A DNA stretch of 64,000 nucleotides from Candidatus Krumholzibacteriia bacterium (lineage in GTDB: Bacteria > Krumholzibacteriota > Krumholzibacteriia > JAJRXK01): positions 10,229 through 74,228 of the forward strand of contig JBGPIA010000003.1 in assembly GCA_041484665.1 (NCBI GenBank), written 5' to 3'. Made by a program: the position numbers and the translations under genes. Below, one piece after another: positions 55,617 through 64,000 of this stretch. The first letter of the stretch is position 1. Each line of letters starts with the position of its first letter. Under the pieces are notes generated by a model that had not been told where the DNA came from, did no database searches, and worked only from the letters and a program-made list of their open reading frames with translations.

Positions 55617-56291
55617 TCAGAAGGCGCCCCGCTCACGGAGGCTCGTGTAGGTCCCATCGCCGAGGACCAGGTGGTCAAGGAGCTTGATGCCCAACGTCTC
55701 GCCACAGGCCGCCAGGCGCCGGGTGAGCCGCACGTCGTCCTCGCTGGGCTCGGCACATCCGGAGGGGTGGTTGTGCGCCAGCACCAGCGCCGCAGCTCCC
55801 ACCGCGATCGCTCCGCGGAAGACCTCACGGGGTTCCACGCCTGCAGCGTTGAGCCCTCCCAGCGCGACGAGCGACATCCGCAGCACCTGATTGCGGGCAC
55901 CGAGGCAGAGCACCGCGACGGCCTCCTGCCCGAGCTCCTCCAACAGGGGTGCGAGAATGTGCGCGGCGTCCGCCGGTCCCTGCACGCACTCTTGCGCCGC
56001 CACTGGAGCGCGCGCCGCGCGCCGGCCCAACTCGAACGCTGCCGCCAGCGCCGTCGAACGCGCCGCGCCGACGCCCTTGACCGCGGCTAGCTCGTTGGCG
56101 TTCACCCGCGCCAGCGCCTTCAGGCTCCCGAACCGCTCCAGCAGAGCCTGGGCCAGCGCAAGCCCGCCCGCGCCCGGTCGACCTCCGCCGAGCAGAAGCG
56201 CCAGGAGCTCGCCCGCCGAAAGCGCGCCCGCGCCCAGGCGAAGGCACCGTTCGCGCGGACGCTCTCCCTCCGGTAGTCCCGCGATGCGCAT
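55617..56291 (-). CDS. radC: RadC family JAB-domain protein
   Basis: ERPRER, LS..ELLA, helix-hairpin-helix GVG.A, EPREVF, AHNHPSG..EPS..D, LLDH. Confidence 0.95.
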   Translation of the reverse strand: MRIAGLPEGERPRERCLRLGAGALSAGELLALLLGGGRPGAGGLALAQALLERFGSLKALARVNANELAAVKGVGAARSTALAAAFELGRRAARAPVAAQECVQGPADAAHILAPLLEELGQEAVAVLCLGARNQVLRMSLVALGGLNAAGVEPREVFRGAIAVGAAALVLAHNHPSGCAEPSEDDVRLTRRLAACGETLGIKLLDHLVLGDGTYTSLRERGAF

Positions 56292-56566
56292 GCAACATGG
56301 GGAGGGCGGGACGGGAGGGCCTCGGCGCCCCGGGCGGTCTGTCGCCGCAAGTTCTTGAGCGGCAATGACCTAGCCACCACGCGGTGGGGAACCTTAGCAG
56401 ACCCGACGGCGCGGGTTCAACAGTTATTTCTCCCGGCGGCCGCAGCAGATATGTTTACCGGCTGGATGCGGCGCGATCCTTGCCGCGCCCGGCCACGGGA
56501 CGCCCGGCCGGCCGCGGGCCCAAGCCCCGGCGAGGCGGACCACGAGTCGAGGGGGGGAGCAGGAGC

Positions 56567-57766
56567 GTGCAGCTGCGGGTTCTCAAGTTCGGTGGCTCGT
56601 CTCTCACCGGAATCGACCAGATCGAGACCGCTGCGCGCCGTGTGGCCGAGGCCGTGTCCCTCGGAGGCCACACCGTCGTGGTTGTCTCGGCGCTCGCCGG
56701 CGTCACCAATCGGCTCTTGTCCAGCGCACGGCGCCTGCACCCCGATCCGCCCGGCGAGGAGCTGGATCGCCTGCTGTCGACCGGCGAGTCGCAGGCGGCA
56801 GCGCTGCTCTGCCTCGCGCTGCGGCAGCTGGGGATCCCCGCGCGCTCCTTCGGCGGAGGCGCAGCGGGCCTGCAGACCGATGACTGCTTCGGGCGGGCCC
56901 GCATCATCAAGGTGCACACCGCGCCGTTGTCGGCTGCGCTGCAGGCCGGTGAGATCCCCGTGGTCGCGGGCTTCCAGGGCGTTACGCCCGACGGACGGAT
57001 CACGACGCTGGGTCGCGGCGGCTCCGATATCACCGCCGTCGCGCTGGCGGTCGCGCACATGGCCGACCGCGTCGTCTTCTTCCGCGACGTGGATGGCGTC
57101 CACTCCGCCGACCCCAAGCTGCTGTCCGCGACGCTGCGGCTGCCGCGTCTGGACTACGAGTCGCTGATCGACCTGGCCGAGGCCGGCGCGCCCATCCTCC
57201 ACCCGCAGGCGCTGGAGACCGCACGCGCGCACCGCCTCACCCTGGAGGTCCGCGGCGTCGCCGAGGGCTCGGGGGCCACGCTGATCTGCGGCGAGGCGCT
57301 TCCGGGAACCACGCCAGTGTGGAGCGTCTCGCTCTCACACGCGATCAGTCTGCTGACGGTGGAGGAGCTGCCCCAGGACGTCGGCGTCATCGCGCAGCTC
57401 CTGGCGCTGCTCGACCGGACCGACCTCCCGCTGGAGGGGGAGCTGGTGGCGAGCGACTCCCGGTCGCTGCGCCTCACGCTGCAGCTGCCCGACATCGAGG
57501 GTCCGGCCTTGCACTCACAGATCGCCGATTTCCTGCGCGAGGAGCGCTCGGTGCGCTTCGACCTGGAACGCCAGCGCCGCCGGGTCACACTGGTGGGCAA
57601 GGGCGTGGCCAGCCGGCGCGTCTCGCAGGCGGTGGAGCGCATCGGCGCGCAACTCGGCCCGCCCATGGCAACCTATCACGGTGAGCGCCACCGCGCGTTC
57701 GTCGTGCCCGAGCGCGACGGCAAGCTGTGGCTGACCGGGCTGCACCAAGCGTTGATCCGGGCCTGA
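56567..57766 (+). CDS. lysC: Aspartate kinase
   Basis: VLKFGGSS, VVSA..GVTN.L, GFQG, TLGRGGSD, DVDGV.SADP, GA.ILHP; GTG start after GGAG. Confidence 0.92.
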   Translation: MQLRVLKFGGSSLTGIDQIETAARRVAEAVSLGGHTVVVVSALAGVTNRLLSSARRLHPDPPGEELDRLLSTGESQAAALLCLALRQLGIPARSFGGGAAGLQTDDCFGRARIIKVHTAPLSAALQAGEIPVVAGFQGVTPDGRITTLGRGGSDITAVALAVAHMADRVVFFRDVDGVHSADPKLLSATLRLPRLDYESLIDLAEAGAPILHPQALETARAHRLTLEVRGVAEGSGATLICGEALPGTTPVWSVSLSHAISLLTVEELPQDVGVIAQLLALLDRTDLPLEGELVASDSRSLRLTLQLPDIEGPALHSQIADFLREERSVRFDLERQRRRVTLVGKGVASRRVSQAVERIGAQLGPPMATYHGERHRAFVVPERDGKLWLTGLHQALIRA

Positions 57767-57773
57767 CGCCGCG

Positions 57774-58997
57774 TCACCCCGACAGCGACCCTCCCAGGCG
57801 CGCGCGCTCCTGCTCGAGCATGTGCCGCCATGGGCTGCGCGGGTGCTCGTCGATGGCGCGCTCGAGCGCGGCCAGCCCCTCGTCGCGGTTCCCGACCCGC
57901 GTCAGCAGCAGGGTCGCCGCGCGCGCCATGGCGTGGTCGGCGCCTTCGCGCCCGCCATAGAAGCGGGCGTAGTCCAGATAGGCCGTGGCGGCCCACGCGA
58001 ACTGCGTCGATTTCTCCAGCCAGAAGGCAACGCGTCGCTGCCGTCGCGGCGATAAGATGAACGCAGCATTCGCCCGGCGCGCCTCGATGAAGACCTCGCA
58101 AGCGCCGGCCATGTCACTGCGCCGCATGCGCTGGGCTACCAGATCGCGGAACATACGCTGCGCCTCGCCCCGGTCGCCCTGGATGCACAGCAGGCGCGCC
58201 AGATCCAACTGCGATTCCTCGTCGTCGGGAACGTCGCGCAGATAGCGCTGCAGCAACCCGACGGCATCGTGGAGGTTGCCCACCTCGCGGGCGTGCCGCG
58301 CCTGCGCCAGTACGTGCTCCACGCGCCCCTTGCGCGAGAGTCCGAGGCTGATCGCCAGCAGCAGCCCCGTCAGCAGCCCGCCCAGATGCGCGCCGTAGGC
58401 GGTCCCGCCACCGCCCCCGCTCCCCAACGCGAGGGCAATCTGCAGGCCCACCCACAACAAGACACCCACCGCCGCCGGTACGTACGTCGTGCCGGTCCGA
58501 TTGATCCCCTGCAGCGGCAAGAATGCCCACCAGGCGAGCTTGATGCGGGCGAAGTAGTACCGCAGCAGGAAGAGGCCCAGAAGCCCGCTGAGCGCCCCGC
58601 TGGCACCCACGACCCCACCGTGGGCCGCGGCCGGAGCCCAGCGCATGACCAGCGCACCCTGCATGAGATTGCCCAGGTAGCCGCAAGTGCAGAACAGCCC
58701 AAACAGCCCGACGCTGCCCAGGGCGCGCTCCAGCGCGGGACCAAACACCCACAGGTAGATGAGGTTGCCCAGCAGGTGCATCCAGCCGGCGTGGAGGAAA
58801 CACGCGGTCAGCGGAGTGAGCAGCCCCGCCGTCGCCGGCCGGTAGGTCCACGCCCACCAGCTCACATCGTTGGTGGAGCGCAGCGGCACCGAGAGCACGA
58901 AGATGACCGTGAGGCCCAGCAGCAGAGCCCAGGTCATGACCGGCCGGCGCGCGCTGGGCACGTCGACGCCCACCGGGTAGTAGTAGAAGAAGTACAC
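57774..58997 (-). CDS. Rhomboid family intramembrane serine protease with C-terminal TPR-like region
   Basis: FLHAGWMHLLGN, GASGA, AYGAHLGG, followed by helical repeats. Confidence 0.9.
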   Translation of the reverse strand: MYFFYYYPVGVDVPSARRPVMTWALLLGLTVIFVLSVPLRSTNDVSWWAWTYRPATAGLLTPLTACFLHAGWMHLLGNLIYLWVFGPALERALGSVGLFGLFCTCGYLGNLMQGALVMRWAPAAAHGGVVGASGALSGLLGLFLLRYYFARIKLAWWAFLPLQGINRTGTTYVPAAVGVLLWVGLQIALALGSGGGGGTAYGAHLGGLLTGLLLAISLGLSRKGRVEHVLAQARHAREVGNLHDAVGLLQRYLRDVPDDEESQLDLARLLCIQGDRGEAQRMFRDLVAQRMRRSDMAGACEVFIEARRANAAFILSPRRQRRVAFWLEKSTQFAWAATAYLDYARFYGGREGADHAMARAATLLLTRVGNRDEGLAALERAIDEHPRSPWRHMLEQERARLGGSLSG

Positions 58998-59168
58998 GTC
59001 GGCCTCGTGCGTCCGTGGTCGCGGAAGCGGCAGGGATCGCGGCCGCAAGTTCCGTACCGGGGGCGTGCGCGGGGAGGCTGGGTTGAGCCACGCCGCGGGG
59101 GCTTCGCGGCGTGCTCGCAGAGGTGGCCAGCTGCGCGGTCGTGATCTGGGTCGCCGCTGCGGAACAGC

Positions 59169-60209
59169 TCAGCGAGCGACCGGTTGCGGCGGTACCGCCC
59201 AGAGCGTGGGCTCGCGGATCCAGTCCCGCGGGCCCAAGCGGCGGACGGCGCAAAGCCGCTGAGCGAGGTCTCCCAGCTGGGCGAAGCGATCGCGGCGTAC
59301 GCGGCCGCGGGCGTGGAGCAGGCAGCCCTCCCCTTCCCAGAGTGCCACGTGATCGGCGGTCCCCCCGGCCTCGCCGAAGAACAGCAGATCGCCGGGACGC
59401 CAGGCGCTCGGGTCCAGCTCCAGCGGGCCACCGCACTGCGCCTGCTGCGCAGCGTCGCGCGGCAGGGCGAAGCCGGCCAGCCCACAGACCAGTTGCACCA
59501 GCCCGCTGCAGTCCAATCCGGCGGGCGTGCGGCCGCCCCAGCGGTAGGCGGCGCCCAGCAGCCTGCGGGCGCGCTCCACGGCCTGCGCGGGCTCACCGCC
59601 GGGCGGCTGCGACTCGATCTGCGCCGCGTCGAGCACGCCGCGGCTGCCGTCGGGAAGCTCGACCTCGCCGCGACTCGACGTGGCGTCGCGCGGACGCAGC
59701 AACGGGACACCCATCCACAGAGTGCAGGCGGCGTCGCCGCTCGCGCGGGCCGACCAGAGCGTCCCCGTGGGATCGCGGAACCGCCCGCAGCGGCGCCGCA
59801 GGAGAGCATCCAGCTCGCCTGTGGCCAGCGGCCGCAGCGACCAGGCACGGGCCCAGCCGACGTAGCCGTCCTCGGCGGCGACCAGGCACCACCCCTGCGC
59901 CTCCAGCAGGAGCGTTACCCGCTCGCCCATGCGCAGTTCGCTGACGAGCCCGGCGACGTGGGCCGCAGCGGCGCGTAGGGGCTCGATGGGTGTGGCGACC
60001 ATCGACTCACCCAGCGAAGCGAGAGGTGCGACCGCCGCTGCCTGCGCAGCGACCTGCGCGGCCGCAGGCGGGAACGCCGCCCAGTCTGGACCGCTGGAGT
60101 CCCCCACGGTCTGTGGCGCGGGCGTGGGGCCGAGCCAGGCATTGCGCCAGTCCACCGCCAAGGCCATCAGGCGGGCCCGCAGGGCCTCCGGAACGCTGGG
60201 GTCGATCAT
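59169..60209 (-). CDS. NlpC/P60 (C40) peptidase with SH3-like domain (YkfC-like)
   Basis: SELRMGE, DGYVGW, LG..Y.WGG.T..GLDCSG, RDA.QQ, GDLLFF, HVAL. Confidence 0.9.
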   Translation of the reverse strand: MIDPSVPEALRARLMALAVDWRNAWLGPTPAPQTVGDSSGPDWAAFPPAAAQVAAQAAAVAPLASLGESMVATPIEPLRAAAAHVAGLVSELRMGERVTLLLEAQGWCLVAAEDGYVGWARAWSLRPLATGELDALLRRRCGRFRDPTGTLWSARASGDAACTLWMGVPLLRPRDATSSRGEVELPDGSRGVLDAAQIESQPPGGEPAQAVERARRLLGAAYRWGGRTPAGLDCSGLVQLVCGLAGFALPRDAAQQAQCGGPLELDPSAWRPGDLLFFGEAGGTADHVALWEGEGCLLHARGRVRRDRFAQLGDLAQRLCAVRRLGPRDWIREPTLWAVPPQPVAR

Positions 60210-60260
60210 CCCTCTCCCGCGCCTGCAACGAGCGCGCCGGCGGCGATGGCACCGCGGGAG

Positions 60261-61709
60261 CTAGCGCTGCTCGCTCCAGACCAGCCGGTAGTGCCCCAGG
60301 CCGTCGGCGTCGCGGAAGTAGAACGTCAGGCTCTGCTGGTAATAGTGCCACACCTCGAACGTCGCGCTGCTCGAGCTGAGCATCCCGTGGCTCTCGATCG
60401 ACTCGGGGGGCCCGTAGCGGATGTAGACGCGGCCGCGGTCGCTGAGCGCGCCATCGCGGAATCCGTCACGCAGCTCGCGACGCGCATACTCCACGCGGGC
60501 GAAGTGCAGCTCGAGGCGCGGATTGCCCGGCTCCTGCGGATCGGGATCGCGGCGCTGCCAGAAGGCTGCCCAGGCCGCCGCGCGCTGCTCGGGCGAAGTA
60601 CGGCGCAGCTCCTCGAGCTCGTGCTTGTCCCCCAGCGACTCGACCAGGTCGACGTTGGCCCGCCAGGAGGCATCGTCGTGCAGATCGAGGCCATAGTTCT
60701 CCACGGCCACCACCCGCGGCGCCTGAGGCGGGAGCACCACGCGCACGTCGTTCGTCCCGAACGCGAACGCGCGGGCGGGCAGGCGCACCAGCAGCCGCCC
60801 CATGGGCCGCCCCGCCGGCGGCGGCATCTTCGTCTCCCACAGCGGCGCGGTCGAGCCGTGTACCACGACCGCGACCTGCAGCTGCTGCGAGTCGGTCACG
60901 GCCGCCTCGCGCAGGTCGTACACGGCGATCATGAGCCAAGGAGGGCCCGTGGAGAGGTCGAACGTGTTCCCGTCGCGGCGCGAGAAGACGGACGGGTCGG
61001 GAACGCCGTCGATCTCGCGCACGGCCAGGGAGTCGGAGAGCGGCAGCGGGCTGGCTTCGCGGCGGGCGTAGAGGACGAGATCCCCCAGCGTCACGCCCCG
61101 GCGCTGGACGACGGCCGGGGAGACGGTGAGCAGGCGGCGGCCCTGCCGCTGCGTGCCCACCACCTCCACGAGCACCTCGAGCTGCACCGGGCCGGCCGCC
61201 GGCTGAGTGCGCGCTCCCTCCGCGCCCGCTTGGGCCGCCGCGCCGGCCAGGCGCAGCGTCGCCGTGCGGCGCACGGTCGACTGGGCACGCGTCTCCTCGT
61301 AGGTCGCCAACTCGACCTGGCCGTCCCACTCCTGCGCCGCCAGCGCTTGGCGGCCGTCGCGCTGCACCACGCGCAGTCGGTAGCGCGCCACAAAGGTGCT
61401 GCCCTCGCGGAAGAACACGAGATTGCGGTACGGCAGGGCGACGGTGACGGTCACCATGGACGCGCCCGTCGAGTCGACGCCGGCCTGCGCCTCCGCCGAG
61501 AACCAGCGGGCCCCCGAGGCGTCCATGCTCTCGGGTTGAGCACGCGCCCCCGGCGCGGCGCACGACAGCACGGCGGCCACCAGCAGCGGCAACGAGGGCC
61601 TGCGGGGCGGCAGCGCAAAGTGGTCCCACCTGGCGCGACGGCGGCGCAGAGCCGCGCGCGGAGCATTTGTGGCGCGACGCAGGCTGTCAGCCGCGCGCGA
61701 AGGGGCCAT
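60261..61709 (-). CDS. GWxTD-domain family protein (exported)
   Basis: FWQRRDPDP...GNP...[38 protein letters not shown]; start uncertain. Confidence 0.85.
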   Translation of the reverse strand: MAPSRAADSLRRATNAPRAALRRRRARWDHFALPPRRPSLPLLVAAVLSCAAPGARAQPESMDASGARWFSAEAQAGVDSTGASMVTVTVALPYRNLVFFREGSTFVARYRLRVVQRDGRQALAAQEWDGQVELATYEETRAQSTVRRTATLRLAGAAAQAGAEGARTQPAAGPVQLEVLVEVVGTQRQGRRLLTVSPAVVQRRGVTLGDLVLYARREASPLPLSDSLAVREIDGVPDPSVFSRRDGNTFDLSTGPPWLMIAVYDLREAAVTDSQQLQVAVVVHGSTAPLWETKMPPPAGRPMGRLLVRLPARAFAFGTNDVRVVLPPQAPRVVAVENYGLDLHDDASWRANVDLVESLGDKHELEELRRTSPEQRAAAWAAFWQRRDPDPQEPGNPRLELHFARVEYARRELRDGFRDGALSDRGRVYIRYGPPESIESHGMLSSSSATFEVWHYYQQSLTFYFRDADGLGHYRLVWSEQR

Positions 61710-62373
61710 CGAACTCGATCGTCCCATCGCGCAGACGCACGCACCGCCGGCTGTGGGCCGCGATGTCCATCTCGTGGGTGACGAGGATGATGGTGTGCCC
61801 TTTGCGGCTGAGGACGTCGAGGATGCCCATGATCTCCTCGCTGGTGACCGTGTCGAGATTCCCGGTGGGCTCGTCCGCCAGCAGGATCGACGGGTGGTTG
61901 ACCAGCGCCCGGGCGATGGCCACGCGTTGCCGCTGGCCGCCGGAGAGCTCGTTGGGTTTGTGGTGCGCGCGGTCGGCAAGTCCGACCACCTCCAGCGCCT
62001 CCGCGGCGCGCCGGGCGCGCTCCCGCCGGGGCAGGCCCGCGTAGATCAGCGGTAGCTCGACGTTCTGCGCGGCCGTGGCACGCGGCAGTAGATTGAACGT
62101 CTGGAAGACGAACCCGATCTCGTGGTTGCGGATCTGCGCCAGCTCGTCGTCGGTCATGACGCTGACCTGCTTGCCGTTGAGAAGGTAGGTCCCCTCGGTG
62201 GGCGTGTCCAGACATCCCAGGATGTTCATGAACGTCGACTTGCCCGAGCCGGACGGGCCCATGATGGCCACGTATTCGCCCGCGTCGATCTGGAGGTTCA
62301 CCCCGCGCAGCGCGCGCACCTCCTCCTTGCCCACCACGTAGATCTTCTGGATTGCGTCGATCTCGATCAGCAC
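61687..62373 (-). CDS. ABC transporter ATP-binding protein (MacB/LolD-like)
   Basis: [48 protein letters not shown]. Confidence 0.96.
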   Translation of the reverse strand: MLIEIDAIQKIYVVGKEEVRALRGVNLQIDAGEYVAIMGPSGSGKSTFMNILGCLDTPTEGTYLLNGKQVSVMTDDELAQIRNHEIGFVFQTFNLLPRATAAQNVELPLIYAGLPRRERARRAAEALEVVGLADRAHHKPNELSGGQRQRVAIARALVNHPSILLADEPTGNLDTVTSEEIMGILDVLSRKGHTIILVTHEMDIAAHSRRCVRLRDGTIEFDGPFARG

Positions 62374-62416
62374 GGTGTCGTCCCTGGTCGGAGGTCCTCG
62401 CGCGGTGCGGGCGCGA

Positions 62417-63940
62417 TCACGGCAGCGGGGTTCCGATCGCCCGGGCCAGCTGCGCCCGCGCGATCAGATAGAGCGTGACCGCATTGTTGGCGTCAGTGCG
62501 CGCCCGGGTCAGGTTGACCTGGGCGTTGATCACGTCGAGGGAGGTGCCGGCGCCGACGCGGAATCGCTCGTTGGCCAGTCGCAGGTCTTCCTGGGTCTGC
62601 TCAATGGTGCCCGACGCCACGTCGTACTGCTCCTTGGCCTCGATCAGGCTGATGCGCAGCTTCACGATCTCGTTGCGGGCGTCCAGCTCGGTCTGCTGCA
62701 GCATGTATTCGGACCGCCGGTACTCGGCCTCGCTGCGCTGCTTGACGAGCTTGGTCTGCCAGCGGTCGAATAGGTTCCAGCTCCCCGAGACCCCCCAGGC
62801 GATGCTCTGGTTGGACTGAGCGCCGAAGCGGTACGGCGTCTCGGACGTCGAGCGGGTGACCTGGCCGAACACGGCCACGTTGGGATAGTTGTTGGCGTTC
62901 GCCTGCGTCGTGCGCTGCTTGCCGGCGAGCACGTCGAAGCGGGCGGCCTTGAGGTCGCCGCGGCCCTCGTGCGCCTTGGCCACCAGGTCGTCCAGCGCCG
63001 GGATGTCGCCCTTGGCCGGGTCGATCTCCTCGGCCTGGACGTCGAAGTGCTGCGACGTCGGGATGTTCATGAGGTGACAGAGGTCGGCGAAGGCCTGCTC
63101 CTCGCCGTTGCGTGCGCGCACCGTATCCAGCCGCGTCTGCTCGTAGCGCACGCGGGCCTGCAGCACGTCGCTCTTGGTGGCGATGCCGAGGTCGAAGTAG
63201 GTCTGGCTGCGCTCGTACTCCTTCTTGGCCAGGTCCTCCGACTCATTGGCAACGATCACCTGGCGCTTGGCGCGCAGCAGGTTGTAGTAGGCCATCGACA
63301 CGTTCTGCGCGAGCACGTCCTTGCGGTACGCGAGGCTGGCCTCGCTGGAGCCCAGCGAGGCATCGGCCGCCTTGAGACCGGCGATGCGCGCGAAGCCGTC
63401 GAACACCAGGAGGTTGCTCTGCAGCGTGACAGTGCGGAAGGTCTGCAGCACCGTCTGGTCCGCCGTCCCGACCACCGTGGACCCGTAGACGTACGGGTCG
63501 TTGCCGCCGATCTGCAGCGGTGCGCCCGTGCTGGTGTAGATCGGCAGCGGCTCCAGCTGTACGCCGAAGATCGACTGGTCGTAGTCGGTGCGCTTGTTGC
63601 GCGTCCAGTCCGCCGACAGGTTCAAGTTGGGGAGCCATGCGCCGCGGCTGGCCAGCACCTCCTTGTTGGCCGTGCGGACGCTCTCCTCTGCAATCCCAAG
63701 CGCAGCCGAGCCGGCAACCGCGGCGTCGACGCATTCCCACAGGGTCACGGCGTGTCCGTCGTACAGGCGGGCCGTTGCCCCCTGCAATGCGGACAGCTTG
63801 TCGGAGAGCTGCGCGCTCGCTGCCGCCGGCAGCACCGACAGAGCGAGGCAAGTCACGACGGCGGTGCAGCCTTTCCTGGCGCGCCGCCGTGGCCCGCGGT
63901 CCACGGAACGATCCCCTCCCATCGAAGGCCCTCCTCGCAC
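62417..63940 (-). CDS. TolC family outer-membrane efflux protein
   Basis: Signal peptide; LPNLNL, Y.NLL.A, G......DVLQA, R.D+.[25 protein letters not shown]; start may be 63922. Confidence 0.92.
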   Translation of the reverse strand: MRGGPSMGGDRSVDRGPRRRARKGCTAVVTCLALSVLPAAASAQLSDKLSALQGATARLYDGHAVTLWECVDAAVAGSAALGIAEESVRTANKEVLASRGAWLPNLNLSADWTRNKRTDYDQSIFGVQLEPLPIYTSTGAPLQIGGNDPYVYGSTVVGTADQTVLQTFRTVTLQSNLLVFDGFARIAGLKAADASLGSSEASLAYRKDVLAQNVSMAYYNLLRAKRQVIVANESEDLAKKEYERSQTYFDLGIATKSDVLQARVRYEQTRLDTVRARNGEEQAFADLCHLMNIPTSQHFDVQAEEIDPAKGDIPALDDLVAKAHEGRGDLKAARFDVLAGKQRTTQANANNYPNVAVFGQVTRSTSETPYRFGAQSNQSIAWGVSGSWNLFDRWQTKLVKQRSEAEYRRSEYMLQQTELDARNEIVKLRISLIEAKEQYDVASGTIEQTQEDLRLANERFRVGAGTSLDVINAQVNLTRARTDANNAVTLYLIARAQLARAIGTPLP

Positions 63941-63960
63941 GGTAGGAAAACGGTCGCGGG

Positions 63961-63990
63961 AAAGCTAAGCCGCCCCGCCGTAGGGTTCAA
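63961..63990 (-). promoter_or_regulatory. Possible promoter for the TolC operon
   Basis: TTGAAC, 17 bp, TAGCTT. Confidence 0.45.
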
Positions 63991-64000
63991 GCCAAGAAGC

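Noticed and set aside
55617-56291. radC as a marker of a mobile or anti-restriction element
   Set aside because: Full-length HhH+JAB form in the usual chromosomal radC-mreBCD context
56292-56566. Lysine riboswitch upstream of lysC
   Set aside because: No recognisable conserved riboswitch elements; the region holds divergent promoter-like sequence
1-64000. CRISPR array, rRNA, IS transposase
   Set aside because: No regularly spaced repeats, rRNA-like segments or transposase motifs seen on reading

Overview
Very GC-rich bacterial chromosome segment (GC not computed), mostly housekeeping genes on the minus strand: leuS; ffh-rpsP-khpA-rimM-trmD-rplS-rnhB-yraN; yajC-def-fmt-rsmB-PASTA-rpe; EF-G paralog-yebC-ruvCAB-queA-tgt; aroE-comF-pgk-tpiA-secG-tRNA-Leu(GAG); radC-mreBCD-mrdA-rodA-pmbA; lysC. 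A T9SS/FlgD-like C-terminal domain, a GWxTD-family protein and a secreted protein ending in 'VESASFGAVKALYRE' suggest an FCB-group candidate phylum such as Krumholzibacteriota, Eisenbacteria or Latescibacterota (inference). The standout is an intact 2098-aa ORF right after leuS. By manual motif alignment it fuses a DEDDh-like exonuclease, a DinG/XPD-like SF2 helicase, a RecQ-like SF2 helicase and a UvrD-like SF1 helicase. Nearly all catalytic motifs are degenerate, but four Fe-S-type cysteines, a CxxC-x12-CxxC zinc ribbon and one P-loop are kept. Other notable items: a complete class C group II intron 5 nt after the hairpin that follows tRNA-Leu, a small histone-like basic protein with a near-consensus promoter and structured leader, an HDOD/GAF-PP2C/STAS/patatin module, an S8 protease with FG-GAP repeats, and a TolC plus ABC ATPase pair with no adjacent adaptor or permease. 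No CRISPR array, rRNA or transposase was seen. All product calls are from recognised motifs; no database search was run.
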